A DNA stretch of 64,000 bases from Laetmonice hystrix. Taxonomy: Eukaryota. The stretch is taken from assembly GCA_965235115.1 (NCBI GenBank), contig OZ249436.1, positions 39,682,001-39,746,000 of the forward strand. The letters are read 5' to 3'. Both the position numbers and the translations under genes were made by a program. Every line of letters starts with the position of its first letter. The stretch's first letter is position 1. The notes below the pieces were generated by a model, which was not told where the DNA came from, made no database searches, and was given only the letters and a program-made list of their open reading frames with translations. Below are positions 1 through 13,100 of the stretch, piece after piece.

Positions 1-3000
1 CACGACTACCCGCCACGAACACCCGCCACGCGCACCCCGACACACAAGGCTTTCTGTGTAAATTAATATTGAAGAGGTATATCAGTGGCAGTGTTACCCT
101 GGCTGGTCGTACCGTTAGGTTGTACTGGGTACTTCAGATGAAAACAAACCCAAGACTCTTACCCCTGACTGCAGGCCTCCTCATGGATGTTGAAGGGGGT
201 ACAGGCTTAATTGGCACCATTGGTTTAATTGGCTTCCTGTAGGCTGCCACTATGTTAGTCGAAGCCCTGTCGTTGGATACGTGATACTGTTATCTATGCC
301 TTGGGCAGTGCGAAAATACCATAACTGTCCCTTATTTGTATTTCATACCAGAGTTCATTACACGTAATTGATTGCTCTCTCTATCTCTCTCTGTTACAAG
401 AATGTGAAATTTCGTTGAATCTAAACTGGCTTTTATTGTGTGTATCCATACATCTGTACACGTATTTAGAGACGACGTGGGAGTAGGCGAAATCCACAGA
501 ACAGCAATATCAAGAACACAAACCATCATTTGTATACTTTAAAATTGATATCTTCATGTGACTTTTGTGTCAGAATGTAGTTCGACTTCTGCTCCTTGGA
601 TCATAACCTGTCACTTCAGCCGCTACCTGAGACGGCTGTCCTTTTCATCCACTCTATTTATGTCCGGCACTGTGGCTTCATCACTCAATGTGAACGTGAC
701 CGCGGCTGCCTCCCACACAAAATCTCTATCAGGATCGCAACAGGTATGACTGATTGCATCGCACAGGCAGCCAGAAATAGAATACACGGCTCAACTAGGC
801 CTTTCCGACTGCAGCCAGGCTGCCGCGAAGGTCAGTGCTGGCCTGCTGGCTCTTTTATCTGGCGACGTAATTCATATCAAATGTAGCAGGTAGATCCTAC
901 TTTATCTGGGCCCTGAACAACTTGTTAATCCCGGCTGGCTATTTCATCCCTTTTCCCAAATTTCGGCTCCTTTTATCTATTTGGGACTGGAAGGGGCTGG
1001 CGGAAGGTACTTGAGCGGGCATGCTACTTATCCTGTGACCATTGCGACAGTAACGCTCATTAATCCGGCATGGAGCAATGGCAGTTGGTCGTGGGCTCTA
1101 TGGCATGGCATGGCATTGTATTTTTCTGTGTTTTTTTGTGTCTCTTTTTGTCCATTAGTAAACACTGTAAGCGAGAAAGTAACATTTATCAATTATGAGT
1201 TGAACGAGCATCTATACTACAAGTCGGGCAGAGGACTAATAAAGGCAGGGATGTCGGGTTTATAACGGCAAACACATACACTCAACAGAAAGGGATAATT
1301 TTTGAGAAGTATTCATGAGCTGGTAGGCTTGCCTTTACCTGTCCCAGACCTGAACTCAGAAAGTAAAGTATTCCTGTAGATGTTCTGTAGATCCGAATAA
1401 TAGAATAATAATGGAATACCATGTCCAAGTATTTGATTTTTTTCTTAAAGTACGTTTTAGCTTGACGAACCTGACTTGACAGAAACCTTGTCATGGACTC
1501 TCCCCGCCTGCTATGGACTTGTGGTTATTTTTTTGAGGGTTGGTATCACTATGTGACAGTGGTGGAACGACAATCGGATTGTTTTTTGGCGGTCCCCAAA
1601 ATGGCCGTAACTTGTGTTTAATTATTCTGCCACTCATGAAACAAGTCCTGGGGCCAAATCAGGTGGTACTCTGAATTAGCTATGCTTGATGTAGCTTTCA
1701 CAATGGTGCGGAATGGTACCCTCATCTGCATATTGTGTGAACTATTGAGGCTGATTACGGAGGAAGCCTGGCATCAAATTTTAATAGAAATGCTCCCCGC
1801 ATTTAGTTGCGGCATAATTGCCAGAGAGTATTTTAGATGACGTTACAGACTCGCGCTTCTGCTAGTACGGTTTTTTTGCTGCTTTTTGTTGGCTGTCTTG
1901 GACTATTACTATTCTTTTTATGAATAGGGTTGGAATGGAGAATTAGTGTCTCCATAACAAGAACAGCACTCTCACGCGATAAATCAAGGATTGAATCTGA
2001 ATAAGGAATCCGTTAGTGATGTTTTGATGCAGTTACACGTGGGCAGTGTTAAATGAACTGTGCTGTCGTCATCATCACCAAAACAATAGCTAATCTTAAT
2101 GCAACCACATATGTGCTGTGTTGCAATCAGACGGGAAATTCAAATTAATAGTCAAATTAATCACATTCAGAACCTGTTTATAGCGCAATCATCGGGCAGG
2201 CCCGTTTCTCATAGTTTCGAAGGTTTAATATGTGGTCAGAAACAGCGGTTAAAATCTTCTTCCCTTCCGTCCGAACATTAGTAACATTATTTACGTTGTC
2301 ATGTCTTACGGAGTAAAGTTAGAACGCTATTTATTACATATTGGTCAGTGCGAAAAGGACCTAGCTCGTTTGCAAAATGCGCCACAAGGAACCCAGAAAC
2401 ATTAATGTGTCGTGTAAAGGTCATTAAAAAATGACATAATGCGGGTAATGATTAATAACATGTCATTCTGTCATAACACTGGCCGAGAGGGAGTTCCCCC
2501 AAATCCTATGTCAGCTGCTGGTTTTGTTTTGAACCCGCCATTACGACCCACGTGCTCCGGTGGTGCAGAGAGCGTGCCATATCATGCGGCCAGGCGACCC
2601 CAGAGGTATAACAGGGCACTCAAAGTGCCTTCTTCGACCCGTAATGGTAATCTCATCCGCGACAAGACCATATTAATGTCGCAAAGTGCCCGTAGTGTGG
2701 GCGATTACCTGAAAGAGTCCATTTACAGATCCTTACGTGGACGTTAGCTGGAGGCCATCCAAGTCTGTCACACATCGGGAGCTTGTCCTGGGTCGTAGAG
2801 ACCCAACACTTGGCTGTCAGACTCACAGGGACCGTATGGACTTCTCATTAATAGTCAAGGTTATGAAAATAAGCTGAGGACTTAACATGGATGTGTATAA
2901 TCCACACGGGCATCACTATCAAAGTACAAACGGGCCTCTGCCATTCAGACCCGTCATTGAGTGAAAATCTTTTCTTCTTTTTTTTTTTTTTGGGGGGGGG

Positions 3001-3049
3001 GGGGGGTGAACATGGCAAAGAAATAAGCGTAGGAGCAAACCGGAAAAGT

Positions 3050-3228
3050 CAGCGGTGCGCACAGAGCCTCGCACCGTAGGGTTTAAATCCCCTTCGGATT
3101 GGATATGGGGTTGTTCTTCAGGTACTAGCTGCATGGTCGATGGTTTTCACCGGACGCTCCGGTTTCCCTCATCAGTAACAATTACTGAATGCTCAATGTA
3201 AAGGCCTACAACCGCCCCAAAACAAACT
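3050..3228 (+). mobile_element. Degenerate SINE with V-domain-like core
   Basis: B-box-like gggtttaaatccc (~3079), core ggttttcaccggacgctccggtttccc (~3142-3168) resembling the recalled V-SINE motif GGTTT.C.CCGGG..CTCCGGTTTCC, and an aaaacaaac tail. Confidence 0.5.
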
Positions 3229-4115
3229 CCAGTGTAGTGTACAGTGTGACCACTGTACCACAATTTCTGATGAGATGTTAGCAGGCACGGTTGGGATACA
3301 CCTTGGCTTCTATACAGGACCGGCAGGACTGTAGCATTTTCATCAATATGTATTTAGTTATCTCCAGCAGTAATATAAATGAGATTTATTTCGAAGGTTT
3401 TTAATGCTGCACGAAATGCCTGCCACTTGTGTGTGTGTGTTGGGGGGGGCTGGTTTTTTTAAGGGCTCCCGCAGTACGATCAGTCAGAATGAGATGACAG
3501 CATATCTTAATATATTTTTCATTGACGCGCGGTACGGAAGGTAATTGTTGCCAGCCATAGAACGGACTTGATTCTCGCTCCATACTCACTCTCTCACGTT
3601 GCCACAGGCCGAAAAAAAGAGTAACACGGCTTCGGCTCAGAGATTATGGAGATATGTGCCGCGTTAGTGTAGGGTCGGTAGTTGCTAAGTTCTGCGGAGA
3701 GTGAACTACTTTTAGACATTGTTGTCAAAGCGACCTGCACTGATTACAGCTCATCATTAAATAGATCTATCATAAACTGGGTATGCAGCTTAACGTTGCT
3801 ATATGAAGCTTCCTTTGTACTAATCCCTTGACTATGAATTCCGTTATTAGACTCGTATTCAAGATTTCGCATAATACTGGTTGCTTAGAGCCACTCAAAG
3901 GTACTATTTTGAATCTGATGTAATATTATAATTACAATAAAAGAATTACAATAAAATCGGTGCGAGGCCTACCAATGCTACCCACGCACATGTTGTCTGG
4001 TGGTATGCAATCTGTAAAATTATAAATTTGATTTAAAACTAATCTTTGTAAGTAACTTATGGAGGTGTTAGGAAATGGTCGACGCCCATTGAGGCCCATC
4101 ATTGATATTTTTCTT

Positions 4116-5328
4116 TTATTATCTGACACAAGCCTCCATACCACTGACTGACTGGCTCTGGCCTCCCTTATAGTAGCACCAGTTATTATCTGACACAAGC
4201 CTCCATACCACTGACTGACTGGCTCTGGCCTCCCTTCTAGTAGTACCAGTTATTATCTGACCCAAGCCTCCATACCACTGACTGACTGGCTCTGGCCTCC
4301 CTTCTAGTAGTACCAGTTATTATCTGACACAAGCCTCCATGTCACTGACTGACTGGCTCTGGCCTCCCTTCTAGTAGCACCAGTTATTATCTGACACAAG
4401 CCTCCATGTCACTGACTGACTGGCTCTGGCCTCCCTTCTAGTAGCACCAGTTATTATCTGACACAAGCCTCCATGCCACTGACTGACTGGCTCTGGCCTC
4501 CCTTCTAGTAGTACAAGTTATTATCTGACACAAGCCTCCATGTCACTGACTGACTGGCTCTGGCCTCCATTCTAGTAGTACCAGTTATTATCTGACACAA
4601 GCCTCCATGTCACTGACTGACTGGCTCTGGCCTCCATTCTAGTAGTACAAGTTATTATCTGACACAAGCCTCCATACCACTGACTGACTGGCTCTGGCCT
4701 CCCTTCTAGTAGTACAAGTTATTATCTGACACAAGCCTCCATGTCACTGACTGACTGGCTCTGGCCTCCATTCTAGTAGTACCAGTTATTATCTGACACA
4801 AGCCTCCATGTCACTGACTGACTGGCTCTGGCCTCCCATCTAGTAGTACAAGTTATTATCTGACACAAGCCTCCATGTCACTGACTGACTGGCTCTGGCC
4901 TCCCTTCTAGTAGTACAAGTTATTATCTGACACAAGCCTCCATGTCACTGACTGACTGGCTCTGGCCTCCATTCTAGTAGTACCAGTTATTATCTGACAC
5001 AAGCCTCCATGTCACTGACTGACTGGCTCTGGCCTCCCATCTAGTAGTACAAGTTATTATCTGACACAAGCCTCCATGTCACTGACTGACTGGCTCTGGC
5101 CTCCCTTCTAGTAGTACAAGTTATTATCTGACACAAGCCTCCATGTCACTGACTGACTGGCTCTGGCCTCCATTCTAGTAGTACCAGTTATTATCTGACA
5201 CAAGCCTCCATGTCACTGACTGACTGGCTCTGGCCTCCCATCTAGTAGTACAAGTTATTATCTGACACAAGCCTCCATGTCACTGACTGACTGGCTCTGG
5301 CCTCCCTTCTAGTAGCACCAGTTATTAT
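4116..5328. repeat. Minisatellite, 67-bp unit x18
   Basis: Unit ttattatctgacacaagcctccatgtcactgactgactggctctggcctcccttctagtagtacaag. Period measured from 4121 to 4188. Confidence 0.97.
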
Positions 5329-8300
5329 TAGTACCAGTTATGACACCTGTATCCGTTTGACGTTTTGTAAGATACACAATGTAGTTGATAAAGGACGGAA
5401 ACATGGACATGAAATGACGATATAGGCATCAGGTTGCACCATGTGTTTCCAAAAACAAGTAGAAAAAGACCACTTATTCTTGGAAGTTGTCTGAAAATAG
5501 ATGTGTACTGTGCGAGCTGGATCGTCCAATCTAAGTTGTGAAATTCCGAAAATTGTCGTTTTGAAAAAGTCGTGGATATATTGATAATATATTCAAACCC
5601 ATCTAAGTCCGGACTTCTTTTGACTGAAAGCGAGTTTTGTGATTTCAACGAGTGATTGTTCACTGTCTACTTAACTAAACACGCCTGGTGAACGGGATAT
5701 TTTGTTAAACACCTCCCTCGCTCGGGAGCCGGGAGAAAAGGACCTCGGAGCACATGTCAGGGCTTCGATACAGACGCCACAAGACTTATAGTTCACAGAG
5801 TTTTTAGGTGTGTTTTATGGGAAAGTTCAATGTGAGTTTGGTATGATCTGGTATGATCAACAATAATGGAACAGAATTCTGGGATACTGGTAAAGCACCT
5901 GTATCAGGTTTTGCTCTCGTTGAAAAGTTCGTTGGCAAGGAATTCATACTTCAAGCTTCGACATCGTTGTCAAAAATCCGAAAGAAGGACCTGTTCAAAT
6001 GAAACATTTTTCGCAAGTTCTCTGAGAAGATTGGATGTGAATTTAAAAGAATTGGTTCACATCAGTTAATTGAATTGGTACGCAAATCAGATTTGTTAGT
6101 GGCTGTTTGAAGGATAGGAGTAGATGTCTGGGAGCACAGATACGCTGTAGACTGTGTCAGACAATAGGGATTAGTAAAGTAAACATGTTTAATTACCCAG
6201 CTGTTCAAATATCATGTGTCTAATAACATTAAAGGGATTAGAGACAATTAGGAAACCATTTGTTACTTTTAGGGTTGAGGTAATTTCACAAAGTTAAAGT
6301 TTAATCTTTTTGATTAGATTCTAATTTTTTTCTGGGCTTATAGAAACATTGCGTCATGGAAATGGATTTCATCGTTTTCCAGTCTCTGTGGCCAGTATGT
6401 GACTTTGAAATGATTGCATTGAGTTAGCGTTGATGGCAATAATACTTAACAGAATCATAGTCCTTCGGTTGTGACGTGAAAGCTGATGCACTTAGTATGA
6501 TTTAAGGTGAGCAGTTGTGTCAGTTTACAAGAACCTTGTGTTTTGCGTAGTTTAGCCTCGTTTGCGCCACTTATGGGGAGTCGGGAGAGCTGCAGGGGGT
6601 AAAAATGGGCGTGGAAGTCGGGTATTTGGTCGCCATCGCCACAGCGGTGGGGGGGGGGGGTGGAGGAGGGAAATTAAAAACTGTGTGGCAGGTCCAGGGC
6701 GGGGAGGGCGTGCAAAGTGATTAGCTCGGCGGCCGAGGTCCCGGGGTCTGCTGTCGGAGGCGAGGGGATTTAACGCCGCTTCCATCAGTGTCAAATATTG
6801 GCCGTGCGTGTTGCGGCGGCGACGGCTGTGTGCACAGGTGCACAGATCGGCGCTGCCCTCTTGTGCATCCCTTAGCATTAGCAAACATGCACCACGTAAT
6901 CATCTATATGCATGGAAGTGCAAACCACGTGCCATTTTACATGGATGTAATCTATTAATGATTCATGCTTCCTCCAGTGATCATATTTAATACTTCAGGG
7001 CATGAGATTGAATAATACATTAGAGATACGGCCAGTAAAATTCCCTTCCGTTGCCAATTTTCAAAACACCCCCATCCCCATACTGTAAGTAGCCTTCGTG
7101 CCATATGAAACGGATGCAAATACAATAATGGAATTTAATATGAATTGTTTGTTCGCGGACGCATATGTTTAATAACAGAGTTCCAAGTCTTGGCAATATG
7201 TATGGAAATTTCGGTATAGATACTATCAAATGCCAACTTCGTTATTAAACATTTATCAGGAAATATTGTTGCCATTCTGCCATCGTGCTCCACTCTGGAA
7301 CTAATTCAGGCATCTCTGAAGGTAATAGTTGTCCTTATCTTAATGATCCGTCAGTGAAAGGATCATGAGATGGTAACATTAACTAAAAATATATATATTC
7401 AGTACTTATGCGTGGGCATCGCAGGAGATGATCCGAGAATGTATTTAATCACAGTGCCTGTATACGTTCTTTAAGATCACGTTTGATTATATCACATTTC
7501 TGTCTGGTGAAAGCTATCTAGATGTGGCCTCAGAAATGACTAAAATCATGGTGTATTTCTTGGTGAATCTATAGAAGGCAGACAACCGTATTACTACCAT
7601 TGCCGCTTTGAATGGGCCAAACCACCGCAGGCCTGTTGGGGGTCACCATGGTGGTACGGTCTCGTGAGTGACAACCACGTAAGGTCCCATAGTCATGGCC
7701 CATGACATGGCCACAATCATCAAAGGGTGATTTTCAGCGGCGTCCATTAGATGGTCCACTTTATCAGTGTGCAGCCAAGAGAATAATGAACTAGCAAATG
7801 GCCAATAACAAAAGTAAACATTGAGGAGAAATAAGTTGATACATGTGGCACCCACAATCATTTAAGTCCAACCTCAGTCTGTGTGGCATGAAATAGCAGC
7901 CACTCGTCACCGGGTGGATTTGAAGCGAAAGGTCCCATGATCCTCGCTTCTTACTAGCAACCACCTGATTGGATGTTGTTAGGTGTGGCCAAAGGAAATG
8001 GCACTCCACTTGGATAAACAGGCAGGAAAATATTTTCCGGCAGCCAATCAGAAGTTGATCGGCAGGGTTAGGCCCGTGTTTTGGGGGGTGGCGTCAAGAG
8101 TTCACCGGTATCACGGGGGGGACGTGTTTAGTAGTGTTGACAGCAGGGGGAGTGGCAAGCAGTGATCTGTCAAGGGCGGCGTGAGGCGGCCATGGGGTGC
8201 CACCGTTACTGTCGATCGCTAGGTGGGGATAGGTGGTGGTGGTGGGGGGGGGGGGGGGGCAGGGCCAATTACACCTGGATGATAAGGGTTTATTTTAATA

Positions 8301-9847
8301 CAGATAATAAAAGAAACAGAGCGGCGAAAATCTGACTTCCGTTTGTCTTGTCGCTCTAGTGAAAAGGGAGTGGTCGGCGTCCATGATCGGAGATGGAGGA
8401 AAGTCATTACACCTCGGAAAGACATTATCACCGACGTTCTCAATGGAAAAGTCTTGGCATCATTGGGTTTTTTAAAGGTCAAGTCGTACGCTCGGCACTC
8501 GGACTCGTTGACATTAAAACCGCTGGTATCCTAATTAGTAATATGTACATTTGGTAGACTCCCCTGAATCGAGTAACCATTTTCTGAACCTGACATGCCA
8601 GGTCGGTCGCTATATTTGTAGGGCAGGCCTGCCCCTAGTGACAGCTATTGACAATTCATTTACCACAGGCGTGTGAGTGCTTTCCCAAGTAGTGTTTCGC
8701 TAATAGGTGCAGACCAAAATAACCTTTGGGTGGTATGGGTTCAAGGATTAACTGTTATTGAAATCTCCTATCGACAATAATAGGACATAGACATATTGTC
8801 ACAACAAGAATGGGAAATGTTGATTCCACTGTAGACTTATCGGCAGTCTTGCACCGGTCGATGCTGGTGTAGGGGATTATGCAACATATCTAGCTTTCAG
8901 GCCCGGAAAATCCCAATAGGGCGCAAAAACTTATTTTTTCACTTCCATATTTTTGAAGCATGAAGGTCAAAGAACTCTCATAATAAAATAATCGACTCCT
9001 TATATTCCTTCGAGGCAGTATTAGTTCAGAATCCCCAGCATCATCACCTACAAATGTCAAGTTCATATTGTACCAAGGGTCGATGGAATCCAGCATTTTA
9101 TTTCTGTAAGCCCCCCCCCCCCTGTTCTACGATGTACACAGCTGTGGCGCTTACATGTATCATGGTTGCGTAGTGGGTATCAGAGACCCCGACTCGGGCG
9201 TCAAATGGATTGCGAGGCCAAGGGGACCAGGGGACGCCCAGATTCTAACAGTGAGTGGAAGCAGCAAACACTCGCTACTTTTGAGACCTTGCATTTACAC
9301 AGGAAGAAGTAGGCATCCTAAGCGCCTCGCATTATTGTGTGAGTTTCGAGTCTGAGAGCCAAGTGGGGATACATTATCCCAAGGATGCGGGGTTGTGGAT
9401 TATTAAAAGGAAGTGCCACCTTCCTTATTGATAGTTGAGGGAATCCATCAGACAACGCCTTGCAGTGGGCCTTTGTGGGGGCGGAATATTAGTATTGATC
9501 CTTGAAAAGTGCATTTTGTTCATCCCTCCGTAGTGGATGAGGGAAATCGGAATTAAATTAATCTGACCCCTTGGTATCTTATCATGTAATACCTGTCAAG
9601 TACGGCATGAATTGGCTTCAAATAATATGAATAGAAGACTAGAAGGTTAATTGGCGACCGTTACGCCTGCAACATGCGGCCTTTTTCATATACTACTAAC
9701 TACTGTGCGCTACATGTTTGCCTTGAATGGTACTTCCTCAAGACTATTATCCTAGTAAAATCAGACCGAAAGGATTTATCATATCTAAAATGGTCTCTAG
9801 TATAGCGGTGACCTTTGTTAAATGAGGAGGAAGTGGGAGTGCGTGGC

Positions 9848-10123
9848 AGAGACAGAGAGAGAGAGACAGAGAGAGACAGAGAGAGACACACACAGAGAGA
9901 CAGAGACAGAGAGAGACACACACAGAGACAGAGAGAGAGAGAGACAGAGAGAGACACAGAGAGAGACACACACAGAGAGAGACACAGAGAGAGAGAGAGA
10001 GAGACACACACACACAGAGAGAGACAGAGAGAGAGACACACACACACACACACACAGAGACACACAGAGAGACACACAGAGAGAGACACACAGAGAGACA
10101 CACAGAGAGACACACAGAGAGAG
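9848..10123. repeat. Compound (GA)n/(CA)n microsatellite
   Basis: Continuous gagagacacacagagaga-type sequence. It generates the low-complexity ORFs at 9700-10193. Confidence 0.97.
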
Positions 10124-13100
10124 TCGGTGTATTGGTGATCATTACCTGAGTAATATTCCCGCCTCCATACACTACTCACACACTGAAGTCTAGTTAGGCA
10201 CTGTAAGCACTGACATGCTACAATTGATACTATCCAATTAGAGCATAATATATTATATAATGCTAGTCTCGGTGGATTTTGTAATAGGAAGAATTAACTG
10301 AGTTAGGTCTGAAGCGTAATGCAGCTGTCTAATGCAGGCGAACTACGCAAGACAATGGGACGTGATGGTCGGTGGAATACGTTAGGACGTGATATTGGTG
10401 GGCAAGGACATCGTCTGGCAGATCATTAATGGATAAAGGCACGGTGCATGAGAATTTTTACTCGGTAAAGCAATGCGATTGAAACGTGATGGAGTGGTAT
10501 TCACTGGTAGATTAAGACATCCTTTGAGTTTTCTATTTCTAGAAAAGGGGATTACATCATAATGTTTGAGTTGAGAATATTTCAAATGATTCGCAAGCCT
10601 TTCTCGACATTTGGTTTAACCTAGACCAGGCCATGCTATGGTTTAACTGCTCAACGATTTGGTGTTGATGTTTTTTTTTATGGGCTGCTTGATTGGCAAA
10701 GTCTTGGTTAGGCTGTAGGTGTTTCTCGAACAGGAACTCGTTGTATTGCCTTGCCGGGGTGGAACAAAAATATGATGGATGATTCCGACCAATAAGAGTG
10801 CCACGGGATGGTAAGAAATTAACACTAGCAATAGTCGAGCTGGAGGATATATGATTATCCCTTTTGCTTGCCTCGGGCAAGCACGCATATAGAGCCAGAT
10901 ACATTAATAAATGTCTTGGTAGAATCAACATTAGAGGAGCACGCTCACGTGGATAACTGTAGACGTAGTGGAATAATTTAGTGCGTGGCTTTCCGGCCCT
11001 TCGACTTATTCGTGCTTAGTATGTTCATATGTCAGGAGTGGCCAGCTAATAAATTGATCACGCCTGCCATAGGTACGTCCAGCAGTGCCTTTGTTTAATG
11101 TCACCTGACAAAGGCAGGGCTTTATTTTTTTCTCTCTTGGAGTGCCAGCAAAAAAAGAAGCGTGTTTAATTATGACTAGGTAGAGAGTGCCCCTGACTTG
11201 TAGTTTGTCACGTGGAGGTAAATTACAGATAGTGGAACGATTCAGAGTGTCCGCGACTGATCAGTAGATATTTCAGGGTAATGGGCAGAGTGCCAACGAC
11301 TGGAAAAACTCTCACCCCCTCCTCCCCCCGCAAAAAAAGTATAAAGATGAAAATTTAAATGTATGTAAATCATCCTAGTTTTCCTAGGGGGGGGGGGGGG
11401 GTATGGACGAGATAGGGACGGGGGAGTGAGGAATTTCCAGGACGGAAGGTGTCTTACAGAAAGGGAAGCGCATTGGGACTCGACTCCGGTAAAACCCACA
11501 GCTGCTGACAAGGCTTGCACCAGGCCGTTGAATTATGGCAATTATTACAACGGTTGAATTTGATGCATGAGGCTGCCAGAACCGTTAAAAGATGTGTTTT
11601 AACGGCACTGATCTTTTTATTGTTGCCATTTCCTGAGGAACTGACATTGATTGTAAGGTATTCTTAGGTTTTATTATTGGTGTTCAAGACTGAAATCGGC
11701 AGTTTTTGTGTGGCCGTCTTTTTGCACTTTGCACGGCTGGAAGGATTACACACGACATTAGTCTTCCCCGGCACGTCGGAGGACATGCCCAGTCAAGAGT
11801 CACTAACAAAGGTCTTTACTTGGAAATGCTCTTTGAATGGCCACCAGCGCTGTGTCTTACCTGAAATGCGCCCGTCCTCGTGTCAAAACAGTGGCACCGA
11901 TTCTGCATCAAGTGACAGCGACGCCCGCCGCCAGCTCTGATGGATGGGTAATTAAGGACTGACAGCTTGCAGAGTCCGCAAAGCGGGAAGGGCGTGGGAG
12001 GCTGCCAGTGACAAATGACACCCTCCGACGTCGGAATGGACATCCGGGCAACGCACACCGCGCAGGATGTAAGTCTGAGAAGCAGGGGAGGAGATCACTG
12101 GAGCGCCTTGCTACCTGACTTAAACTCCAGGTGTTCCACGCTGTAATACACCTGTTGTCCTGGTCCCCAGCCGCGCGCTCTCTGACCCAACCGAGTTAAT
12201 TAGCCGGTTCGGCTTGTTACTGTTATGCAGCGCTGCAAATACATGGCTGCCACCGACTTTATAATAATATGGGCCGTAATTGATGATTGACTAGCCGGGA
12301 GACTGGGCCCGTGCCCACGTGTCAATCTGGGCGATTGCTCACTCTATCACAACTAGCGAGTTCTCAACTGGCTGCGACTATGACCATACGAGGAGGCAGT
12401 CAGCCGTGACCATGCCATTACACAGTAGGTATAACACATCGGTCAAAATGCCACCACGTTTCCCCCGCTTACAAATCACCTTGGCATGATGAGGGTAACC
12501 ATAGGAGAGACCGATATGAAGTCCCCAGGACGTGAAAGCTGGGTTAGCCGGTGCTGCTGTAGATTTCATTGATAACGACATTACCTTTAATAAGAAATTA
12601 ATTGATCTGAGCTATATGCTTAAATCCCCCGTAATGTGTATTTCCACGTTTTTTTTGCTGGGATAGAAGTCAATCCCGTGCGCAGAACCATTTTTCAGAA
12701 TGTCATCATACATGTACATGAATCTAGCGAGATGATATTATGATGGGTGGAGGTTAAATGTGACCATATATTTGGCATATGACGTCATCCCCCGACTGCC
12801 AGGCCTGCAGTGGCAGACTGACGTCAACTGTTTGAGTCTGGGCAAAGAAACTTATAAAGGTCCCCCAAGGATTCATAAACACATCCCGTGTACGAGTGTC
12901 TCTACACATCTGAGATCTGCTACATGGAATGGCTGTCACACCTCGTCACATTTTCTAGTTGAGGTTACCAAGATAGAATATAATGCCCCAGGTCGTGGGG
13001 AACCGGGGGACTACATAATGTCATCGAAAATATCCAGACGGATATGGTTATAAAAAATAACCACAAAGTAAAAAGGTTTTGAACTCTCCTTTGAAACATG

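Noticed and set aside
574..743. Splice-site-bounded candidate exon (also a 32-nt one at 23518-23549)
   Set aside because: The lengths are not multiples of three and the translations do not resemble POLD2 or any protein I recognise. They cannot be supported without RNA-seq.
1385..1398. ctgtagatccgaat, a partial match to miR-10
   Set aside because: The seed and 3' end differ and I see no precursor hairpin.
9700..10193. RE/TH-rich and SL/CV-rich ORFs (also 42002-42399)
   Set aside because: Microsatellite translations.
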